From the IMG/VR virus record IMGVR_UViG_3300026549_000038, positions 1 to 64,000 of that record: a stretch of DNA of 64,000 nt; one strand, 5' to 3'. Source of the DNA: a virus. Taxonomy: Duplodnaviria > Caudoviricetes. Positions within the stretch are counted from its first letter, which is position 1, and every line of letters begins with the position of its first letter. The position numbers and the translations under genes are program-made. Positions 9,146 through 19,000 of the stretch are shown here, piece by piece. The notes beneath the pieces were generated by a model that saw only the letters and a list, made by a program, of their open reading frames with translations, did not search any database and was not told where the DNA came from.

Positions 9146-10522
9146 TTATTCACTATAACTTCCACTTGGATTCACATAAAGGTAATAGTTTCCAGATACT
9201 GCGCTGACCGGTGCAGTCTTTGGTATAACAAGATTCCTTGTAACAGTCAGGTCTCGCGCAGTCACGAGTCCAGAAGCCACGCTGAGGTTGTTCGAGCAGG
9301 TGACAGCACCGGTTAGGGTCGATGTGCTTGTGACTGAGAGAGTTCCCGCAGCACTGAGGTTCTTCGCTGCCCAGTTTTTCGTGTTGCGATTGGAGTTACC
9401 CCCATGCCAAATTTCATAACTGTCTGACTCTTGTGCATTGGTTGCAAAGTTGTCCGTATATTTCAAGCTTGATATTCCCTGGGGGTCAGTCAATATCAAA
9501 AGACCCGGGCCGCCATAATCCCCGTTGATCGAAAATGCTGGAACCGTAAAAAATGTATAGAAACTATTACCTATTTTTTGAAATCCTATTTGTCCATAAT
9601 TCACCGACTGACCACTCTCCAATCTCTTCAGATAAATATCGTCAAAAGTAGATATTTTAGAATTGGCTGTCACTGCACCGGTTAGGGTGCTTGTTCCTGC
9701 TACATTAAGATTCGCAGTAGCCCAGTTGACCGTACTAAGATTTGAGTTTCCGGCATGATAAATAACATTTCCTCGTGCATATAATTTATCATTTTGAATA
9801 GCGAAATCAGCACCTGCTATTGTATCTGCATTATTGCTTGCGGAAAACGTCATTGCATCATAATTTAAATCATGGTACCAAATACCAAATTTTGTATAAG
9901 ATGAACCATATGCGAGAATTGGGGCAGCCATACCTGAACGTCCAAAGTAGATTGTACTATTCGAGCCACCGAGTGTGATGTTATTGTTAAATGTTGCTGC
10001 TCCGGTAAATGTTGACGTTTTGCCAACACTGAGTGTACCCGCAGCACTGAGATTCAATGCACTCCAAGATACTGTGGCGAGATTGGAGTTATTTGAATGA
10101 TAAAACTCATAGGTGTTCTTGTACTTAAACTTTCCGTCAGAAGCGATGTTTACATACGGATAACCAGATACCGCCAGGTTTTGTAAATACGCTCCAATAT
10201 TAGAGGCGTTATGCCAACCGACAGCCGCCTTAATTGTACCACTAACTTTGAAATCTACTGTTGATTTTTGCTCAGTATTAGTAGAGTTCAAAATTAGTGG
10301 ATTGATAGCATTGCTTGTTATCGTGCCTCCAGTAAGCGGAAGATAGCTGCCCAAAGCACTTGACAAAGCATAGGTGTTGTTATCCACACTACCATCGGCT
10401 TTGAGGAATTGACTGGCTGTGCCACCAGTCTTTATAAATGCATTCGCTGTTATGTTTGTACCAAAGGAATCAGAGAGCCATCTCGATGAACCAAGTACTG
10501 TAAGGTCTTTTAATATTGCCAT
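9146..10522 (-). CDS. Tail fibre protein
   Basis: GGTASQFLKADGSVD, YLPLTGGT, three (Y/W)HxxNSN...W.A.NL repeats, LVIPKTAP C-terminal motif. Confidence 0.75.
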   Translation of the reverse strand: MAILKDLTVLGSSRWLSDSFGTNITANAFIKTGGTASQFLKADGSVDNNTYALSSALGSYLPLTGGTITSNAINPLILNSTNTEQKSTVDFKVSGTIKAAVGWHNASNIGAYLQNLAVSGYPYVNIASDGKFKYKNTYEFYHSNNSNLATVSWSALNLSAAGTLSVGKTSTFTGAATFNNNITLGGSNSTIYFGRSGMAAPILAYGSSYTKFGIWYHDLNYDAMTFSASNNADTIAGADFAIQNDKLYARGNVIYHAGNSNLSTVNWATANLNVAGTSTLTGAVTANSKISTFDDIYLKRLESGQSVNYGQIGFQKIGNSFYTFFTVPAFSINGDYGGPGLLILTDPQGISSLKYTDNFATNAQESDSYEIWHGGNSNRNTKNWAAKNLSAAGTLSVTSTSTLTGAVTCSNNLSVASGLVTARDLTVTRNLVIPKTAPVSAVSGNYYLYVNPSGSYSE

Positions 10523-10539
10523 AGTTTAATAATAATAGT

Positions 10540-12999
10540 TTACACTTCTAAAATTTGTTTGCCGGCTATCGACTTTTCATAAAACTTCACATTATCTGCA
10601 AGCGTCCCTTTCAGCATTGCATCTGGAATTCTTATGTATAAGTCTAAGTATCCTGTCGTCACTACTCCAGCCACACCTGGGATTCCTCCTTGATATGCAG
10701 TATAACTTCCACAAGCAACCCACCAGGCGGAACCGTTATGCATAGCTGCCATTGAGCCATTGTTTCTCAATTTACAGTCTCTCGCAGGACTTCCGGAGAT
10801 GACTGTATATCCTGTAACTGAGGAAGTTAGAGCTGGATTCGATGTCTGTTTCCAGCGATACTGACTTTCCGTTGCATCGCTTGTCAGTTTCTCACAAATG
10901 ATGAACTCAAACTCACTCAGGCTCGTAATCCATGCTGCGTTCTTTAATAATACGAGCCCAGAATAGAGATTTGTCGAATTATTGCACCAACAGTTCGCAG
11001 TTGTGAACAGATTTGATGCTGGATTGTTATGATGTAGTATTCGAAGGAACGCTGCTCCATCACTAGCAATCATTATATTAGAACTATCCGTTTCGATATA
11101 GTTGTTTATTTTTATGAGTCCTGTTTGGAATATTTGTTGCTTGCCTGGTGACTCTTCGACGAACTCGTATCCATGCATACTTCCAAGATTATCTATACTC
11201 GCTGCGGTGTCATAGAGTTCTCGAATGTCCGTAGCGGAAAGCACCGTCGTATAAAAACGATAGTCCGAATAACCAGCATTATTCACCCCTCGCTTTACTC
11301 CCCCCGCACACGAATAATTTAGTGCTATGTAATTGATAGTTGGAAGTGTTCCGGTTGCTGCGACAGTCTGAACGGATGTTCCGTCTTTGTACATAATCAG
11401 ATTTGTGCCGTCGTAGGTGATAGCATAATGATGCCAAGTACCGTCTATAGTCCAATTAGACGTTTTTAGTGATTTGTTACTACCACCAATCGTACATCGT
11501 ATAGAAGCATCGTAATCGTGGATGAGAGTTGTTGTATAATCTGTAAAAGCTGTATTTGCCGACGTGCATACTACTCCTCCTGAATATCGAGAAGAACCCT
11601 TGAACCAAAATGCCACTGTAAATACTGTTGGGGTTAGAGTCAGTGGACAATAAATATAATTATATGTAGCACCACTAACGCTGTAACCAGGACAGGTTAT
11701 ATTTATTGTCTGGTCATATCGTGGAGACCCGAAAGCAGCTATAAGTGAACCATTTATGGTACCATGATGTCCATACCCAGAACAATCACACACCGATGCA
11801 GAAGCTACTGTCACAGGCCCTGCTGCGAATGCAGTAGAACTGGCTGAAGTATAAAAGGTTCCAGTAACAATGTCATACATTCCAGCAACCGAATCTGAAT
11901 TACGCTGAGCAGGAATAAACATTCGGACACACTGTCCATCTCGTTGAATATCAACGTAATAAATGCGACCTTTGAACGGGTAACCTGCTCCACCATAAGA
12001 AAACATTGAGAGATTGGTTGCAGTTTGTGTATATGTATTAGATAAAGACCCCTTATCCACCCCGTCCATATACAGGTGTTTACTCTTATAGACTGCAGTG
12101 TGTTTGTTTGTATCGTTACTTGCACCGAGTATATTCTGCTGCCCTGAACCGTTATCAGCACATACTCGTATAGAACTTCCATTGTAATAATAGTACAACC
12201 ACCAGTACGGTTTAGTACCAGTTGATGCCAGTATCATACCATTGTTTGTGGTATCATTTCCTTTGAATACAACAGTACACGAATCAACTTCGGGATTGAA
12301 TTTGACTCCAGTGCCAAAATACGAAGCACCGGATGCTTCAATATATTCCAATTCTTTATACCCCGCTGGCAGTCTGGTATTATACTGTCCATTTAATGGT
12401 AGGTGGAGTACGAGGCCTTGTGCAATCTCATGTACTTCTTTTGCACTCAGGCAATGGTCGTAGATGCGGACGTCGTTGATATCTCCATTGAAATGACTAT
12501 TAACGGCAGATGAATTGTTAACATCATTTCCAATACGCGCTGCATTTTTATAAGTAGTTGTTGCTGCAGCAGTTCCTACATTTGAATATACTTCAAGACC
12601 GTCTATATAACATGAATTTTTTAATGTTGTGTGGCTATGTGTGTAGCAGAGATGGTGCCATTTTCCATCAATAACTTTACTACCAAGACTTGTAAAATTA
12701 TTGTATGGTACATAAATCATATTTGACCAAAATCGATAAGAATATGTAATTGATAACCAACACCCATTTTCAGTTGTTTTTAACCATGCGCATACAGAAA
12801 AATCATGTTCTTTTACAATATCCACTAACTCGGTAATCCCACTAAGATTTATTCGTTGTAATAATGTTTTATCAAAACTATAACAACTACCAATCTTTCC
12901 AGCAGAGTTCACTGTAGCGCCAGAGTTAGTAGCAGTTATGTTACATAATCCTTTATTCTCTAAATTTCCAGTCAGTGGAAGCCATACTTGTAGTGCCAT
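10540..12999 (-). CDS. LamG/concanavalin A-like domain tail protein (receptor-binding candidate)
   Basis: Two LamG-like domains (DGKWHHLCYT...YIDG...INDVRIYDHCLS; GTWHHYAITYDG...YKDG...SDYRFYTTVLS) flanking an LPAGYKELEYIE domain. Confidence 0.8.
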   Translation of the reverse strand: MALQVWLPLTGNLENKGLCNITATNSGATVNSAGKIGSCYSFDKTLLQRINLSGITELVDIVKEHDFSVCAWLKTTENGCWLSITYSYRFWSNMIYVPYNNFTSLGSKVIDGKWHHLCYTHSHTTLKNSCYIDGLEVYSNVGTAAATTTYKNAARIGNDVNNSSAVNSHFNGDINDVRIYDHCLSAKEVHEIAQGLVLHLPLNGQYNTRLPAGYKELEYIEASGASYFGTGVKFNPEVDSCTVVFKGNDTTNNGMILASTGTKPYWWLYYYYNGSSIRVCADNGSGQQNILGASNDTNKHTAVYKSKHLYMDGVDKGSLSNTYTQTATNLSMFSYGGAGYPFKGRIYYVDIQRDGQCVRMFIPAQRNSDSVAGMYDIVTGTFYTSASSTAFAAGPVTVASASVCDCSGYGHHGTINGSLIAAFGSPRYDQTINITCPGYSVSGATYNYIYCPLTLTPTVFTVAFWFKGSSRYSGGVVCTSANTAFTDYTTTLIHDYDASIRCTIGGSNKSLKTSNWTIDGTWHHYAITYDGTNLIMYKDGTSVQTVAATGTLPTINYIALNYSCAGGVKRGVNNAGYSDYRFYTTVLSATDIRELYDTAASIDNLGSMHGYEFVEESPGKQQIFQTGLIKINNYIETDSSNIMIASDGAAFLRILHHNNPASNLFTTANCWCNNSTNLYSGLVLLKNAAWITSLSEFEFIICEKLTSDATESQYRWKQTSNPALTSSVTGYTVISGSPARDCKLRNNGSMAAMHNGSAWWVACGSYTAYQGGIPGVAGVVTTGYLDLYIRIPDAMLKGTLADNVKFYEKSIAGKQILEV

Positions 13000-13017
13000 A
13001 CCTAGTTAAATACTAAT

Positions 13018-16000
13018 TTAGTCGAAAATAAAATTAAGACATTTATTTGTAGCATCGTACTGCTGATGACACTGAGAAGTTGTTGCACTTCCTATATAGA
13101 GATTGTTAGCACTCAAGCGGAGGTCTCCTGTCATCGTATCCCCGCTCTTTTGAACATATCCACTCAATGAAGCAGATGTAAGATATGTATTTGAATCCAC
13201 ACTACCATCTGCTTTCAGGAACTGAGATGATGTGCCGCCAGACTTGACAATTGATGAGCCTGTTATTGAGCCTGTTACTTTTAAGTTACCTGTCTTTGAT
13301 GACAGCTCCATCTGAATTGCAGGCGTAGCATTAGCTGTATTGCTGCTCGATTCCCAAATCCAACCATATCCACTTGAGTTTTCAATAAGAGACCTACGAG
13401 CCCAAGATGTAACATATGTTCCAGTTGGAGGAGTTGCTCCAGTAGGACAACCACCAGCTGTTACATTTGACATATATTCGTACCAAGTATAGTAGTTATT
13501 CTTATAAAATCCAACGCGTCCATATACAGTTCCTGCTTCGCGATTAAGATTGAGTTTAGCAAGTGTTAACATACCTGAACTTGGATTAAATTTAAGAATA
13601 TCGCCAGTATATACAGACTCGGCAGTTGCTGATGAGTTACTACTATCTACGAATGTCGGATAAAAATCTGCATTGGTGGATGTCTTAACAGTCTTTACTG
13701 AGTTGGCACTTGCTACGTTTCCTGATGATGTTACATATGTATTCGTATCAAAACTCCATGTGCCACCTGATGCTCTTTTGAGGAATCCACTTGGCGTGCC
13801 TGTCGCGGCAAGTGTCTGAATCTTAACCAGTTCTGTGGTTCCACTAAGCTGACTCAAGACAGATGGTATCGTGAGAGGCACTGAGACAGCAGAGCTACCA
13901 TTATAACTATATGATGTTGTACCACTTCCCGTGCTGACGGAGATCGTTAAGGTCTCTCCGCCTCCACCACCGCTGCCTTGAGAGCTTCCGTATTCTCCTG
14001 TACCGAGCCAGAACGAAGCATTCGTCGTAGAGCTTGTGTCGCTCGGGTCATGCATCGGTACGTTGAGTATCTTCGGGAATGTAGCTTCTCCATTGAAATA
14101 AGATGTTCCCACGTGGTGTAGTCCATATGTAGGAGTTGTAGTTCCTATACCGACTTTTCCATCAGGAAGGATACACATTCGTTCTACAGGTCTATCCGAA
14201 TTGGTTGTACCACTCTTCGTTGCGAAAACTAAAGCAGAGAGTTCACTTCCTGTAGTACTTGTGCATCTTACACCAATCCAGGCTTGAACAGCAGCGTTGT
14301 ATGTTGTACTATTATTATGGTCATAAAGGCCATGAAATGCAAGACCAGGATAATAACTACCAACTCCAGCTCTTGTTGGCATAGGAGCAATGACCACTGC
14401 GTCCAATGCCGATGAGATAGTAGATGCACCTGTACTATTTCCTTTAAGGACTGTCTTATATCCATGTACCATTGTTCCGTCTGGATATAACCCAATCTTA
14501 CCCAAACTATTATATCCACCATAACCGATATATGCATAGTCGTGATTTTGACCTGTTCCTTTAATACCAATCTCAAATGTGTGGTTTCCTGCGGAAGCTT
14601 CTAAAACGTCTCTTGCCCAGGATGTGGTACCGGATGGAGTCGATGGAGCCCAGGTAAAATGACTTCCGTAATTACTCTCTATGACAACACTGTTCTGGGT
14701 TCTTACGTCATTTGTATCGGGCATGTAAAACCCTGCGATTGGAACCGTTTGATTTGCTGCAGCTGGGATGTCTGCAGCGGCAATAGCTTCTATTGTGGTT
14801 GTCGTGAAGTCAAAGTTTTGTGCTGTGTCTCTTGCTATAAGTTCATGAATGGCTAATACGTTGTATGTCAAGCTAGAAACATAAATATAGAATATGCCAG
14901 GATTTGCAAGATCGTACTTGATAGTTGGTAACCCGGTACCCGGCCCGGTCACAAATCCACGAACATCTGCAGCAGTCCAGACATTGGAACTATTTTTTAA
15001 GAAGTAATAGTTTAAGTGTATATCTCCGGTGAGTCTGATCGGATCTCCGTATGTGCTTCCTACTCTGAGTCTCATAGAGATCATCAACCACGCATTGCCG
15101 GAAGATGTGTATCCGTTGAATGGGAGGGTTACCTTATACCAGGCAGAACCATGAGCTTTTTTAATATAAGGGTAATATGTTATATCTTCTTTTTTCGGAA
15201 CATAATCAGTGAGTTTCGCTCCCGAACTCTTGAGAACTCCTGTAGTATTATTCCACGTAGCAATCTCATCGGCAACGAGAGTTCCGGTATATGTAACGTT
15301 GTTTGTAATCGTGTGTGTATGAGTGCCTGTGGCTGTGATGTGTCCAGCCGCGTCATAAGTCACATAAGGAACAGCAAGAGAGTTTCCACTTGTAGCACTA
15401 GATGTACCTACGGTTCCTGCAGTCACACCACTCAGCAAGTGACCTACATAAAAAATGTCTGTCCCACTCCCCCCGTTGCTTCCTCCTACTGCAATCCATT
15501 TGTTTGATGGTGTGATAGTAAGAATTTCATGAGAAGATGTTGATTCTAATTTAGTTGTATTTGATGTGGGGGCTGTAACTGCACTTGATGCTGCACCGGG
15601 AGCTATCTGTCCATAGTTATAGGCATGTGCTGTAAGATATGTGTTACTATCCAGGCTACCGTCTGCCTTTAAGAACTGAGAAGAAGTACCTCCTGTAACA
15701 ATATATTTCGGAGCGGTAAGGTTATGGTAGAGAGTCTGTGCTATTGACTTATTGAACACTGCCATCTGATCCAAAGTGCCACGACTCTGGAAGAAAGAAA
15801 TCTGGGTAATCCATGTAGGGTTTTCTTGCTTTGCTGTTATAGTAATTTCTATTTGGGTCACACCATAAATATTGCCATTAAAACCGCGATACAGAGCTGT
15901 ATCATTAAGTTTGGAAACATTGGTCATTTGGATATCATGCCATCCTGTCCGACTGCCGTAATCTGAATAAACTCTCACAGAAACAGACTCTGGAATGTTT

Positions 16001-19000
16001 ACGTTATAAAAGGCAATCTCAAGATACCCATAAGGATAGCCGCTATTGAACATTCTTGACCCATTCTTGCCTGCTATGGTTATAACCCCAGTAGAGCCCG
16101 CTGGTATAATATTAGTACTCGCAAAACTTCCGTCAAAGCAGTTTACCAGTCCTCCGCTAACACCGGTTTGTGTCACGTCATACCTAATGTGAGCCGCCCA
16201 GAAAGTATTGGATACTTCATGCAACCAAAGTTGCCTATTATCAAAACTATTTACAGTAGACAATATCTCGGAATACGGTATTGCATCGGTTATCCCATAA
16301 CCTGCAAGCGTTGTAGGTTTATTCGTAATTTCTGAGAATGCATAACTTGGCTTATTTGCTGCCTTCGCCCATGCAGGAACAGTAGGATCAGTTTCTGTAA
16401 ACGAGGTTAGTGGAGTGATGCTATTACTTCCGAGAGTGATAGTTCCATTGACTATCTTCGCATCCGTAATACCATAACCTGCAATGGTTGTAGGTTTGCC
16501 TGTCAAGTATGACCAGCCAAGACTACCTTGCAATGTCGTAGCCGTAACCTTGACAGCCTTCATTTCACCCGTCATCGGGTTGATTGTAGGCTGGTTCGTA
16601 TCTCCCATCAGACCATAAACCGCACTATAGGTTCCATTGCTTCCTGCCGTTCCAGGACTCTTCGTACGGCTCAATATGATAGGGTAGTCATCATCATATC
16701 CCGTCGTTTGACGGTACACGCGAACATACACATCGCTGTTGCTGTTGTAGTCTGCCCTCGTCCAACCGTTGTTGCGATAAGTGAACAGAATTGGAGTACC
16801 AACAGGATAGTGGGTTGTCAGCTTGCTTGTCCCCGAATAGTAGCAAGTTTTTGCTCCAAGACCATTTATGTTCAATGTAGTCGTAGAAGCACCTGCTACA
16901 TGAGGGACATAAATTATAGTAAGTCCTTCTTCAAGAGCAGTTATTCCGTCGTAGGTTCCTGTCCAAGTTCCTGCTGTGGTATCGGTCGTAGGACCTTCTA
17001 TATAAGGAATTGCTTGTTTGATTGAATTGTATGTATCTGTATCCCAGGACCATGTTCCATTTGAAGAATTTCTTGTAAGGAACCCACCGCCGCTCTGTGC
17101 AAGATATTCAATCTTTTGTAGCTCGGTCGTTCCTGAAAGCATTGATAATGATGTCGGTATTGAAATTGGAACAGAGACCGCAGAGCTACCATTATAGTTA
17201 TAAGTAGTCGTTCCGTTGCTATTGGTAACCGAGATGGTAAGGGTCTCACCTCCACCGCCACCGCTGCCTTGAGAGCTTCCGTATTCTCCAGGACCTAACC
17301 AGAACGAAGATGTGGATGTAGCATCCTGTCCTGTGCTTCCTGGGGCATGCATAGGAACATTTAATATCCCACTGAACGTAGCTGTTCCGAGGACGGTCAG
17401 GTCTGCGTTCCTAGCCGGATTGGAATTCCCTGCAATAGTCAAAGGACCCGTCATCGTGTCGCCTTCTTTCTTAACATAATATCCGCCACCACTGTCAATC
17501 GCACCAGTCAAGTGACTCTTCGTAATGGTGTATTCTTTTGCAACAAGGGAAGTATAATCATTTCCCACAGTCGTCGATCCAACCTTCAAAGTCAATGCTT
17601 TATGGTCGTTGGCTGTAAGGGCGGTGATGCCCTTTGTCATGGTTATTTGATGGTTAGATACTGATATGCCAGTAACTACATTACCTTCACCGGATGTTGT
17701 TCCGAGACTGAGTGTGGTCTCGGTTGGCATCGTAAAGGCGACTGTTGTATAATTGGCAGTCATAGTACCAGTTGACGACGTTGTATCATTGATACTTACT
17801 ACCGCTGTGAATGTTTCTCCGAATGTGAGTGTGTTGGCTGTACCAGCAACCGCCGTAAAATCCACTTTATGACTATTATGAGTATCAGTCCAAGGAATAT
17901 TCACAAAGGCCTTTCCGTCTTTGTCTACCTGAACGCCATAATAACGATTTTCTGTTGTTCCCGCAGCTTCTGTAAGTGTAACTGAGCCGGTTAAAGCATT
18001 AGATATGATGATGCCACCAAGAGTACTTGTGGTTGCTTTTGCAAGTGTAACCGCGCCGGTGCTGGAATTAAGATTTAATCCGGTGCTTATATCGGTTTTC
18101 TTTACATAAACAGAATCGTGGTTATGTGTTGATAATGAATAGGTTTCATTAACAAACGACCATGTATTTGTTCCAGTTCTCTTTAAGTATCCTGTAGTAG
18201 TTCCGGATGATGCCGTAGCAGCTGCGTTGATTGCAGCCAACTCAGAAGGTAACTGATAATCTGCAGGAAGAGTGCTATATGTAATAGACAGTGTATGGCC
18301 CGATTTTGTAATGTTTGATATATAAGGACGAGCAGTTCCTGTATTGCTTGTTGGACTGATGGCATTAAGATAGTTATTATCAAACGTCCATTGTCCGTTT
18401 GTATTGTTACGAACTAGAACTCCGTTTCCTGATGCAGCTGCATTTTCTATCTTAACGAGTTCTGTAGTACCACTAAGTTGACTTAAAGATGAAGGTATTG
18501 AAATTGGAACTGAAACAGCGGAGCTGCCGTTATAATTATATGTGGTTGTTCCACTTCCGGAGCTAACTGTAATAGTCAACATTTCTCCGCCACCTCCTCC
18601 AGAACCAGACACAGAGCCGTATTCACCATCAGCTAACCAGAACTCAGCGGTAGCATTGGCATCTTCTCCTGTTGAACCTGGAACATGAGCAGGGACAAAC
18701 AAAGTACCAGGAACAGTCAAGTTGGTAATAGTTAGATTTGTAACTGTTTGATTATTAAGCGCAGTTGCAATCTGTGCACCTGTAATTGAATGTGTTCTAT
18801 TACCCCAGCTTGTAACATGACCTGCTGCATCCCAGCCCACGTAAGGTATTGAGAATGAGAGTCCGTTAGTAGCTGTTCCGTTTCCCGTTGCAGAACCAGA
18901 CACGGAGCTCAATGCATGCCAAAGATTGATTGCCTGCTCATTATTAGATGCGCTGCTTGCCACATCAATCCACTTATTAAGAGGAACTATATTAAAATTA

